Assembly (NCBI GenBank): GCA_044226625.1
Contig: JBGAGQ010000013.1
Span: forward strand, 1-64,000
Reading direction: 5' to 3'
DNA length: 64,000 bases
Source: Thermoanaerobaculia bacterium
GTDB taxonomy: Bacteria; Acidobacteriota; Thermoanaerobaculia; Multivoradales; UBA5704
Shown: positions 36,462 to 45,279 of the stretch, piece by piece
Layout: the number at the start of each line of letters is the position of its first letter
Numbering within the stretch: position 1 is the stretch's first letter
Made by a program: the position numbers and the translations under genes
The notes under the pieces: model-generated
What the model was told of the DNA's origin: nothing
What the model saw: only the letters and a program-made list of their open reading frames with translations
Database searches by the model: none

Positions 36462-38633
36462 ATGGACCCCCGCTCGAACGCTCCGCAGACCGGACGCAAC
36501 CGGCCGGCCGTCTCTCGCGTCGCTGCCGCGCTGCTGTTGGCCGGTCTTCTCCTGTCGTCTTGCACGGGAGCGGTCCGAACGACCCGGCCGGGTAAGCCCA
36601 CGGCGGTTCCCGATCTCGACGTCCGAGAGATGCTCCTGCTCCTCGTCGACCGCCAGATCTTCGACGACACGACGGTGGCGCTCGCGGCATCGGGAGGGCC
36701 GGGGCTGCGGGAAAACCTCGCGGTGTCGCTCGGCAGGATCCCGGCGCCTGAAGGACGGCCGGTCCTGTTCGGAATGCTCGACGCCCGGGAGCCCGAGGTG
36801 CGGCGCGCCGCGGCTTTTTCGCTCGGAGAATTCGAGGACGCCGGGGCGAAATCGGCGACGCCCCGCCTGCTCCAAGCGGTGGTCGATCCCGATCGGGAGA
36901 CCGGACGCCTCGCGGTCGAGGCCCTGGGAAAGCTCGGCGCCGACGTGGTTGCGGTCGGCGGGGCGCTCGGCCCGCTCCCCGAAGCGGAGCGCTGGGCGCG
37001 TTTGTCCCCCTCTCTGTTCCGATTCAAACAACCCGAACGGGTGCCGCTCGCAGCGGCCGCGCTCGCGGCGGCGAGCGGGGCGGGGGCCGATGCCGGGCCG
37101 AAAGGCTCGAAAAAGCTGCCGGCGGATCCGGATCTCCGCTTTTTCGCGGCCTACGCCCTTGCGCGCGATCCTCTGCCCACCGCGGCCGAGCCGCTCCGCG
37201 GCTTGCTCTCCGATCCCGATCCGCGGATTCGAGGCTGGGCGGCGCGGGCGCTCGGACAGGTGGGCGGGGGCGAGGATCTCGCCCTCCTCCTCCCCTTGCT
37301 CGGCGCGTCCGAGCTCCCTCCGGTCATCCAGGCTTTGCGGGCGGGCCAGCGGTTGTGGACCGAGGGCAAAGTGGTCTCGAGCCCGGCGCTCGCGGCACGC
37401 GAGGCCTGGCGCTCGCCGCTCGCCGCGTTGATCCGCGACGCCCGATCCGGCGTGCGCGCGACGGCGATCGAGGCGGCCGCGGCTTGGCTGCCGGACGCCG
37501 ATCTTTCCGCCGCCTTGATCGAACGGACGGAACAGGGAGCGGCCCGAGAGCGCGGCCTCGCGCTGGTGGCCCTCGCGGTGGGGAAGGACCCGCGGGCCGC
37601 CGAGCGGATCGCGCGGGCGATCGGTCCGACGGCGGCAACGCCGGACGGCTCCGGGGTACTCGAAGATCTCGCCACCGCCGACCTGCGGGCTCACGCGGCC
37701 GAGGCGGCAGGCAAGCTCGGCGATCAGCGGACCCTCGCCGCCCTCTCTACGGACGCGAGCCCCCTCGTACGGGGGGCGGTGGCCGCGGCACGGCTCGCGC
37801 TGTTGCCCGACGACGCGGCAGCCGGCGCGAAGCTCGCGACCGAGATCCTGGCCGATTCGGACGAGGGGGTACGGCTGGCGGCGCTCGATTGGCTCGAACA
37901 GCACCCCGTTTTGCCGCTCGCGACGCTCGGTCCGGCCGTCGCCAAGGCGCTGCTCGACGAATCGGAAGAGCCCGGGCTTGCCGGTCTGCGAGCGCTCGGC
38001 GCCCGGGTGAAGGCGGCTCCGATCGAGCGCGCGGCGGCGGTCGAGATGGCGGGCTACGTGGTCGAAAAGGAGGGATACGTGCTTCGCCGCGCGGCGATCG
38101 CCCTGCTCGCGGACATGGGCGAGACGGCGCCGGAGCTGCTGCCGCCGGACGACGCTCGTCGCACCGAGGACTATGGGGAGATCCTGGAGCGGGTTTGGCC
38201 GCCGCATCGGGTGGCGATCGAAACCGAGAAGGGGACTCTCACGGTCGACCTCACCTGCCGCGAGGCACCGCTCACCTGCCTTTCCTTCCTCCAGCTCGTG
38301 GCGCAGGGGTTTTACGACGGCTTGACCTTCCACCGGGTCGTGCCGGACTTCGTGATCCAGGCGGGCGACCCGCGCGGCGACGGGATCGGCGGGCCGGGTT
38401 ACTCCATTCGCGACGAGATCGGCCGCCTGCGCTACGGCCGAGGCGTTCTCGGCATGGCGCTCGCCGGGCCGGACACGGGGGGAAGCCAGTTCTTCCTGAC
38501 CCTTTCGCCGCAACCTCACCTGGACGGGGGATTCACCTCCTTCGGCAAGGTGGTGGGGGGAGACGCGGTGCTCGACCGGATCGAAGGGGGCGATCGGATC
38601 GTCCGGATCGCCGAGGTGCCGCCCCTACGGTAG
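36462..38633 (+). CDS. HEAT-repeat lipoprotein with cyclophilin-type peptidyl-prolyl isomerase
   Basis: LSSC lipobox; HEAT repeats; GFYDGLTFHRVVPDFVIQAGDP..GSQFF..HLDG. Confidence 0.9.
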   Translation: MDPRSNAPQTGRNRPAVSRVAAALLLAGLLLSSCTGAVRTTRPGKPTAVPDLDVREMLLLLVDRQIFDDTTVALAASGGPGLRENLAVSLGRIPAPEGRPVLFGMLDAREPEVRRAAAFSLGEFEDAGAKSATPRLLQAVVDPDRETGRLAVEALGKLGADVVAVGGALGPLPEAERWARLSPSLFRFKQPERVPLAAAALAAASGAGADAGPKGSKKLPADPDLRFFAAYALARDPLPTAAEPLRGLLSDPDPRIRGWAARALGQVGGGEDLALLLPLLGASELPPVIQALRAGQRLWTEGKVVSSPALAAREAWRSPLAALIRDARSGVRATAIEAAAAWLPDADLSAALIERTEQGAARERGLALVALAVGKDPRAAERIARAIGPTAATPDGSGVLEDLATADLRAHAAEAAGKLGDQRTLAALSTDASPLVRGAVAAARLALLPDDAAAGAKLATEILADSDEGVRLAALDWLEQHPVLPLATLGPAVAKALLDESEEPGLAGLRALGARVKAAPIERAAAVEMAGYVVEKEGYVLRRAAIALLADMGETAPELLPPDDARRTEDYGEILERVWPPHRVAIETEKGTLTVDLTCREAPLTCLSFLQLVAQGFYDGLTFHRVVPDFVIQAGDPRGDGIGGPGYSIRDEIGRLRYGRGVLGMALAGPDTGGSQFFLTLSPQPHLDGGFTSFGKVVGGDAVLDRIEGGDRIVRIAEVPPLR

Positions 38634-38797
38634 ACTCCCGCCTCATGCAGGCGATTGCTCTCGTTCCAGCGCCCGGCGCCGCCGGGCTCGCGCCCTCGCC
38701 CGGCCGGTCCGTCCGTCGAGAGGGACCGCTGCGCTGAGATGCTCCGCCGTCCGGAGGCTTCGCGGCCGACCGGAGGCGTCCCCGCCCGAAACCGATC

Positions 38798-38823
38798 TGC
38801 AACCTTGTTCGACCACGCCCGTA
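38798..38823 (+). promoter_or_regulatory. ECF-sigma-type promoter, likely autoregulatory
   Basis: TGCAAC-N16-CGTA ending 7 nt before the sigma ATG. Confidence 0.6.
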
Positions 38824-38830
38824 TTCAGCC

Positions 38831-39412
38831 ATGAACCGAGGGACGGACCGGACCGACGAGGAACTGGTCGCGGCGGCCCTCAAAGGGGAGCCCGATCGTT
38901 TCGGCGATTTGGTGGAGCGATACCAAGGGCGGCTGGTCAACTATCTGTTCCGGCTGCTCCGCAACACCGACGACGCCCACGAGCTGGCGCAAGAGGTCTT
39001 TCTCAAGGTCTACCAGGTTCTCGACCGGTTCGATCCGCAGTACAAGTTCTCGACCTGGCTCTTCCGGGTGGCGCAGAACGCGGCGATCGACCAGATCCGG
39101 CGCCGGCGGCTCAAGCTGTTTTCTCTCCAGCAAGAGGACGCAGGTGGCGAGGTTCGGGAATGGGACATTCCCTCGGGGGAGCGCGGTCCCTATGGCGAGC
39201 TGCGCAACCAGGAACGCGGGGGAGCGATCCAGACGGCGATCGACGCCCTCCCTTGGGAGTACCGTGAGCTGATCCTCCTCCGCCATTTCGGCGAGCTCGC
39301 CTACGAGGAGATCGCGACGCTCAAGGACATGCCGCTCGGTACCGTGAAGAACAAGCTCTTTCGGGGGCGGCAGATGTTGAAGGAGAAGTTAGGGGACTTT
39401 CTGACCGATTGA
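38831..39412 (+). CDS. ECF RNA polymerase sigma factor (SigW/RpoE-like)
   Basis: LAQEVFLK, KFSTWLFRVAQNAAID, YEEIA..PLGTVKNKLFRGR. Confidence 0.95.
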   Translation: MNRGTDRTDEELVAAALKGEPDRFGDLVERYQGRLVNYLFRLLRNTDDAHELAQEVFLKVYQVLDRFDPQYKFSTWLFRVAQNAAIDQIRRRRLKLFSLQQEDAGGEVREWDIPSGERGPYGELRNQERGGAIQTAIDALPWEYRELILLRHFGELAYEEIATLKDMPLGTVKNKLFRGRQMLKEKLGDFLTD

Positions 39413-39493
39413 GTCGAGCGGACCGCGAGGAACATCTTTCCTCGACGAAACGTCTCGAACCGGCTGGATCTGGCGAGGTAGACGAGTCGAACC

Positions 39494-40069
39494 ATGGCGA
39501 ACCTAGAAGACGGCACGAACCACCGAGAACGGATCGACGGAAGGCTCGAGAGCGGATTCGCGTTCGAGGAGGATCTCGAGTTGGAAAGCGGCGACCTCTC
39601 CCTGGCGGAGCGGGCGGCGCTCGCCCGTGTGACGACGCTGCTCGCCGACAGCCGGATCGAGGTGCGTCCCGATTTTCGGACCGCGGTGATGGCCGCGCTG
39701 CCGCCGGCCGGATGGGAATCGCGCCACCCGCGGACGTGGACCTTCCCGCTCGCCGCCTGCTTCCTCCTCGCCACGCTGGGTGCGTCGGCCGTGGTCTTCT
39801 TCCTGGGAGGCGGGGCGCAGACCGGTGCGGGCGCGGGTCTGTTTGGCGCCGTATTCGCGATCGGCAACCTGCTCCAGGCGGCGGCGCTCGCCGGCGCCGG
39901 GCTCCTCACTGCAACCTGGAAGGGGTTTGGCCTCGCTATCGGCGAGGCGCTCTCCTCGCCGGTGCGCATGATCCTCTTCGGCGCGCTGGTGGTGGCCCTG
40001 AACTTCCTGCTGCTCTCGCTCATCCGGCGGCGTCGCGAGGCCCCGGGGGTCCTTTCGGCGAAGCGCTGA
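39494..40069 (+). CDS. Putative membrane anti-sigma factor
   Basis: Downstream of ECF sigma; soluble N-terminus with PDFRTAVMAAL followed by about three TM helices. Confidence 0.6.
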   Translation: MANLEDGTNHRERIDGRLESGFAFEEDLELESGDLSLAERAALARVTTLLADSRIEVRPDFRTAVMAALPPAGWESRHPRTWTFPLAACFLLATLGASAVVFFLGGGAQTGAGAGLFGAVFAIGNLLQAAALAGAGLLTATWKGFGLAIGEALSSPVRMILFGALVVALNFLLLSLIRRRREAPGVLSAKR

Positions 40070-40122
40070 AGGCACCTCCGTGGGAGCCTTCCGTTCCCAC
40101 TGGCAAGCGATACACTTCGTTC

Positions 40123-41049
40123 GTGCCCCTACGCGTCACGTACAGCTTCGTCCTGGCCCTCCTGGTCCCGGCGGTCGCCGCCTCGGCGGCTTCTTCGCCA
40201 GCGGACCGGACGGGTTCCGGCCAAGTCGCCCTCCACCTCGAAAAGGGCAGCGTTGCCCGGCATCAGCTCGTGGCGATCGGTCGCGATCTGATCCTCGACG
40301 GCGAGGCGCAAGGAGATGCCGCGGCGATCGAAGGCTCCGTGGAGATCTCTGGCAAGGTCGCGGGCGACGTGGTGGTGCTGGGCGGCGACGCGCGCCTCGC
40401 TCCGTCCGCCCAAGTCGCGGGGGACGTCTTCGTCCTCGGGGGAACGATCTCGGCCGCGCCGGGCGCCCGGATCGAAGGACGGTCGGTGTCCTACCGCAAT
40501 GCCTCGGTCGCCTGGATGACCCTGCTCGAAGGTCCGAGCCTCGGCCTGGAAAGCCGCTCGACGATCGTCATCGGCGCGAAGCTCGCTCTGCTCGCCGCCT
40601 GGTCCGCTCTCCTGCTCCTCCTGTTCGCCGCTTGCGGCCGGCAGCTCATCTCGACCGCCGACGAGATTCAAGGGGAGCCGTTCCGCGGTTTCTTCACCGG
40701 GCTCGTCGGTGTCCTCGCCCTGGTGCTGACCGCGCTTTTCTTCAGCGCGTTCGCCGGGGCGATCGTCGGCGTGCCCTTGCTGGTGCTGGTGGTGCTCGCG
40801 GCGCTCGTCTTGAAGCTCTGGGGCATGGTCGCGGTGTTCTACGCTCTCGGGGATCTCCTGCTGACTCGGGTTTTCCGGCGTCGCATGCGGCCAGCCAGCG
40901 CCGCCACGGTCGGCCTGCTTCTCCTGGGCGTGGTCAAGTTCGTTCCGTTCCTCGGGGTCTGGGCCTGGACGGTCGCCTCGCTGATCGGCGTGGGAGCCAC
41001 GTTGGCGACCAAATTCGGCAGCCGCGAGCCCTGGTTCCAGGGCGCCTGA
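40123..41049 (+). CDS. Bactofilin-like (polymer-forming) repeat plus TM membrane protein
   Basis: Signal peptide; GDAAAIEGSVEISGKVAGDVVVLGG..VAGDVFVLGG repeats; about five TM helices; start trimmed from ORF 39409. Confidence 0.75.
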   Translation: MPLRVTYSFVLALLVPAVAASAASSPADRTGSGQVALHLEKGSVARHQLVAIGRDLILDGEAQGDAAAIEGSVEISGKVAGDVVVLGGDARLAPSAQVAGDVFVLGGTISAAPGARIEGRSVSYRNASVAWMTLLEGPSLGLESRSTIVIGAKLALLAAWSALLLLLFAACGRQLISTADEIQGEPFRGFFTGLVGVLALVLTALFFSAFAGAIVGVPLLVLVVLAALVLKLWGMVAVFYALGDLLLTRVFRRRMRPASAATVGLLLLGVVKFVPFLGVWAWTVASLIGVGATLATKFGSREPWFQGA

Positions 41050-41159
41050 GCCCTACCAGACTTCCCGGCCCTCCTTGGGCGCTCGATGGGAGTAGAATTC
41101 ACGGGAAGAGTTTTGCTTAGCCGAGCCTGGGTTTCCATGAACCGTCAGGAGAACCGACG

Positions 41160-42401
41160 ATGAATGCCAGCCGTTTTGGGATCACCCTTACCCTCGCCTG
41201 CCTCGCGCTCTCCGCGAGCGCCCAAGAGATCCGGGTCAATTCGACCGGCGACGTCAAACAGCGCACGCCGACGGCGGCCTTCTCGAACGACGGAGGATTC
41301 CTGGTCGCCTGGGTCAATGAGCGCGACGGCCTGGTCGCGCGGTCGTTCGGTCCGAACGCCCAGCCCCGCGCGCTCGATCGTATCCTCGTGCCGAACGTGA
41401 ACCTTCCCTCCGTGCCGGGGGAAGGAGACGTGAAGGCGCAGCGCGAACCGGCGATCGCGGCGCTGCCGAACGGCAACTTCCTGATCGCCTGGAGCGAAGA
41501 AACCGCGCATTTGAAAAGCGACATCTTCTATGAGAAGCGGACTGTGCTCGACAAGGAGATCTTCGCCCAGCGCTTCGACCGGAACGGCAATCCGCAAGGG
41601 GCGAAGTTCAAGGTCAACCAGAATCCGGCCGATCTCGCGGAGAGGCCGAAGATCCTGGTGGTCGGCCGCCAGATCGTGATCGGTTGGTCGATCAACGACG
41701 GCAAGCCCGAGGTGAAGGCGAACGAGGGGGTCTTCCTGCGCCGCTACGACCTCCAGGGCAACGCTCTCTCCGGGGATACCCGGGTCGGAGCGGCCGGAAC
41801 GTTCGGCTACAACCCGGGCCTCATCGCCGACGCGGCGGGCGGATTCGCGGTCTCGTGGGACGGCCCGGACGGCGACGGCCGTGGCGCGTTCGCGCGCTTC
41901 TACGACGGAGACGGTGCGCCGCGCGGCGCCGCGGTCCAGCTGAACTCCACGACGTTCGGCGCCCAGGGACGCGTTTCGCTCGCGCAGCTTGCGGACGGTA
42001 CCTTCCAGGCCCTCTGGCAGGGTCAGTTCGAATCTCCGGTGAAGAGCCGCGTCTATGGCCGGATCGTCTCGCGCACCGGGGCGCGCATCAGCGCCGAGCG
42101 TCAGGTGAGCGACGGAACCAATCCGTGGCATCTGTCCCCGATCGCGCTCACTCGGACCGGCAAGGGCACCTCGGCACTCTGGGTCGAGTGGACGCCCGCG
42201 TTTCCGATCGGCGTCTTCAGCGTCGACCTGGCGTCCGGCGCTCCGTCCGGATCCAAGGCCCAGCTCAGCGAGCGTCAGATCGGCGCCGCGTATGAGCTGT
42301 CCGCGGCCATCAACGCTCGCGGCGATCTGTTGACGGTCTGGGAAGGCTTCAACGGCGGTTCGAAGCCGGGCATCACGGCCAAGGTCTCTCGGGCGAACTA
42401 G
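41160..42401 (+). CDS. Secreted repeat (beta-propeller-like) protein
   Basis: AGGAGA RBS, signal peptide; repeated VN..Q..P..G.FLVAW / IFAQRFD units. Confidence 0.75.
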   Translation: MNASRFGITLTLACLALSASAQEIRVNSTGDVKQRTPTAAFSNDGGFLVAWVNERDGLVARSFGPNAQPRALDRILVPNVNLPSVPGEGDVKAQREPAIAALPNGNFLIAWSEETAHLKSDIFYEKRTVLDKEIFAQRFDRNGNPQGAKFKVNQNPADLAERPKILVVGRQIVIGWSINDGKPEVKANEGVFLRRYDLQGNALSGDTRVGAAGTFGYNPGLIADAAGGFAVSWDGPDGDGRGAFARFYDGDGAPRGAAVQLNSTTFGAQGRVSLAQLADGTFQALWQGQFESPVKSRVYGRIVSRTGARISAERQVSDGTNPWHLSPIALTRTGKGTSALWVEWTPAFPIGVFSVDLASGAPSGSKAQLSERQIGAAYELSAAINARGDLLTVWEGFNGGSKPGITAKVSRAN

Positions 42402-42440
42402 CTCGGAGGGCCCGCAAAAACCAGGGGGCGGATCGACGCG

Positions 42441-43460
42441 ATGCCGGACGCCCCCTGTCGCGCCCTCCTGCTCGCGATCTGTACGGCGTCGGCCGTGGCT
42501 TGCCCGCCCTCTCCGAAAGCGGATCCCACCCCCTCAGGGCTCGCCGAGCCGTACGCCCAGACTGCTACGGATCGAGCCACGCCCGCCCCGCCGGGGGTTC
42601 GCGCGAGCCGCCTCCCGGTCGCCGCTACGCGAGAGTCAATCATCCTGGCGTTCAATGCCGAGCGGGAGCGTGCCGGCGTCTCTCCGCTGCGCTCCGATCC
42701 GTCGCTCGAGCGGGTGGCCCAGGCACGGGCCGAAGCGATCGCCGCCCGGGGCAGACTGCCGGGCGAAGCCGAGGCGCAGAGGACGTTCGGAACCGTGCAG
42801 CGCCGTCTGGTCAAGGAGGGGTACACCCCCCACGGATGGATGGAAAGCGTCGTCGTCTCCGACGGAGACGCTCAATCGGTGATGTCCTACTGGCGCGGAG
42901 ACCCGAGCTTTCCCGAGGCCCTCCGCGCCGACTACTCCGATCTCGGCCTGGGGATGGCCAAGCTCGGCGACACGCCGCTCTACCTGCTGCTCGCCGCCTG
43001 GCCCGAGCAGGAGGTCTATGCTCGAGAGGTTCGCGGCCTCGCCGATCTGTCGGTGGTACGAGCCCAGATGATCGCAGGCGTCAACCGGTTACGGTCCGAG
43101 GCGGGGGCCGCCCCCCTGACCGAGAATCCCAAGCTCGACGCGGCGGCCCAGGAGCACGCCGAGGACATGCTCGCCCGCGGCTACTACGACCACGAATCGC
43201 CGGAGGGTAAGAAAGTCGGGGATCGGCTGACCGCGGAGGGGTACGCGTGGCGCCTGGCCGCCGAGAACCTCGCCGCGGGACACGTCACGGTCGACTCCGT
43301 GCTCGACGCCTGGATGCAGAGCTCCGGCCACCGCGCGAACCTCCTGCGGCCCAACGTCACCGATTTCGGCTTCGGTCTGGCCGTGGGTCCCTTCGACAAT
43401 CGCTACCGGGTGCTTTGGGTCCAGACCTTCGCGTCGCCGATCTCCGAAGCCGAGCGTTGA
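42441..43460 (+). CDS. Tandem CAP (SCP/PR-1) domain exported protein
   Basis: Two NxxRxxAG..PL units; second has AQEHAEDM..YYDH..AENLA..WMQSSGHRANLL. Confidence 0.88.
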   Translation: MPDAPCRALLLAICTASAVACPPSPKADPTPSGLAEPYAQTATDRATPAPPGVRASRLPVAATRESIILAFNAERERAGVSPLRSDPSLERVAQARAEAIAARGRLPGEAEAQRTFGTVQRRLVKEGYTPHGWMESVVVSDGDAQSVMSYWRGDPSFPEALRADYSDLGLGMAKLGDTPLYLLLAAWPEQEVYAREVRGLADLSVVRAQMIAGVNRLRSEAGAAPLTENPKLDAAAQEHAEDMLARGYYDHESPEGKKVGDRLTAEGYAWRLAAENLAAGHVTVDSVLDAWMQSSGHRANLLRPNVTDFGFGLAVGPFDNRYRVLWVQTFASPISEAER

Positions 43461-43533
43461 AATGGAGTGGGACGGCCCGACCGTGCGACCCGAAGCTCCG
43501 ATCGAAATTCGGAGGCTGGGCTATCATCCGGCC

Positions 43534-43905
43534 GTGAGCGAACGGGATACCCACCAGCGCCGGGCGATCCGCAATGCGTTCCGCGCGGCCGGCCGACCGC
43601 TTTCGCCGGTCGAAGTGCTCGCCGCCGCGTCGGCGGAGGTGCCGAATTTAGGGACCGCCACGGTTTACCGTACGGTCAAGTCGCTGCTGGAGACAGGATG
43701 GCTCATCCCTGTGGCAGTCCCCGGGGAGCCACCACGCTACGAGCTCGCCGGCAAGGACCATCATCATCACTTCCACTGTCGGGCGTGCGGCAAGCTGTTC
43801 GAGCTCGAAGGCTGCCCGGAGGGGCTTCGCCAGCTCACCCCGGCTGGCTTTCAGCTCGACGCCCACGAGGTCTTGCTATACGGCCAATGCGCCGAATGCG
43901 CGTGA
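43534..43905 (+). CDS. Fur family transcriptional regulator
   Basis: THQRRAI, LGTATVYRT, HHHHFHCRACG, GQCAEC; GTG start chosen (ORF track starts at 43462). Confidence 0.93.
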   Translation: MSERDTHQRRAIRNAFRAAGRPLSPVEVLAAASAEVPNLGTATVYRTVKSLLETGWLIPVAVPGEPPRYELAGKDHHHHFHCRACGKLFELEGCPEGLRQLTPAGFQLDAHEVLLYGQCAECA

Positions 43906-43967
43906 GGCCTCGGGCCGGCCGCCGGTTCCCGTAGGCTCGCAGACCATCCTCTCGAACTCCTGAGTCT

Positions 43968-44747
43968 ATGCGCCTCGAAAACCTGATCGCGGCGCTCTGT
44001 TTCGCGCCGATCGTCTTTTCTGCGGGTGCCCACGCCGTGGTTCCTTTTCGCCTGCGTCGGGTCGAGTCGGAGGCGAGGCGCCTCTGGGCGCTCGCTGCGG
44101 CGCCTCTCCTTGCGGTCGCCGCGCTCGCGTTCCTGATTCTGGCCGACCGTTCTGAAGACGCGCTGCTCGCGAGCCGTCTCGTGCCGTTTTCATCGAGCCG
44201 AGCGAGCCTTGCGCTCGGCGTCACCTCGGCAGGGCTCCTTCTCGCAGATCTTCTCCTCCTCGTCTCCTGGCGCCGGCTGGAGGATTTCGGCTGGACGCTG
44301 CTGGCGCTTTTTGGTGCAGCGGCGGCGGTCGCGCAGGGATTTCTCCTCGCCGCCCTCTCCGGGGGGGAGAGTGCCGCGCCCGCGGGAGCCCTGGTGTGCC
44401 GCGCCGCGGTGCTCGCGGCGCTCGCCTTTGCCTCGGCCGAGTCGATCACTCAAGGCTTACCCCGCCTAGCGTCGTTCGCGAGTTTCGCGGGGCTGGGACT
44501 GCCGCTTTTCGCCCTCGCCCTGCCGCGGGAAGTTCGCGAGACCTTCGTCGGCTCGGGAGGTCTCGCCTACCTGGGTGCCGCCGCGGCACTGTTGTTTGCC
44601 ACGCGCTTCGGGAGCGGGGTCCATCGCCGCCGGGCGGCCGCGCTCGCGGCTCTGTTGCTGGCCGGCCTCGCGTGGGCGAAGGCAGTCGACATTTCCGCCG
44701 CACTGATCGGACAATCGCCCCCGGCGGAGCGGCTGGAGGTCGACTAG
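43968..44747 (+). CDS. Hypothetical multi-TM membrane protein
   Basis: Ala/Leu-rich hydrophobic helices; fills the gap with an ATG start. Confidence 0.6.
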   Translation: MRLENLIAALCFAPIVFSAGAHAVVPFRLRRVESEARRLWALAAAPLLAVAALAFLILADRSEDALLASRLVPFSSSRASLALGVTSAGLLLADLLLLVSWRRLEDFGWTLLALFGAAAAVAQGFLLAALSGGESAAPAGALVCRAAVLAALAFASAESITQGLPRLASFASFAGLGLPLFALALPREVRETFVGSGGLAYLGAAAALLFATRFGSGVHRRRAAALAALLLAGLAWAKAVDISAALIGQSPPAERLEVD

Positions 44748-44748
44748 C

Positions 44749-44880
44749 TCCTCCCCCGCAAGCGGGGGAGGAAGCCCAACCGGCCCCTTTGTGCACTTCG
44801 GTTCCACCCACCGCTCCCGACTCCTAATTCTCTCGGCGCAGGGTCCCTCCCCCCGCTTGCGGGGGGAGGCCAGGTGGGGG
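44749..44880. repeat. Pair of REP-like GC palindromes
   Basis: TCCTCCCCCGC-AA-GCGGGGGAGGA (44749-44772) and CCTCCCCCCGC-TT-GCGGGGGGAGG (44846-44869) followed by CCAGGTGGGGG. Confidence 0.75.
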
Positions 44881-45047
44881 GCTCCCTTGAAGACCCAGTC
44901 TCGGGGCGCAAGGCGCCAAACGCCGGCGGAGGCAAAGCTCCGAGCCCGAGCGTCACGTTCCGGGCCGTGAAGCGACTTGCGGCGGCCGATCGCCTCTTCC
45001 GGAACCGCCAAGCGACTTCCCGGCGGCGGAATCACGTTTTGGAGCCA

Positions 45048-45240
45048 GGAAGTCACGTCCTGAGCTGGGAAGTCATTTCCTGGTCTGGGAAGTCACTTCC
45101 TGAGCTGGGAAGTCACTTCCTGGCCTGGGAAGTCACTTCCTGGTCTGGGAAGTCACTTCCTGAGCTGGGAAGTCACTTCCTGTGCTGGGAAGTCGCTTCC
45201 TGGCCCTGGAAGTCACTTCCTGGCCTGGGAAGTCACTGCA
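45048..45240. repeat. Tandem array of 10 copies of palindrome GGAAGTCACTTCC with 7-bp TGnnCTG linkers, 20-bp period
   Basis: Units start at 45048, 45068 and so on to 45228; degenerate in-phase copies extend left to about 44948. Confidence 0.95.
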
Positions 45241-45279
45241 GACCCCAGCGTTCCGTTCCGCGGCGGCCGATCCCGCCAG

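Noticed and set aside
45048-45240. CRISPR array or Fur-box interpretation of the tandem repeat
   Set aside because: Linkers are 7 bp and nearly constant, no cas genes are present, and the sequence does not resemble the AT-rich Fur box.
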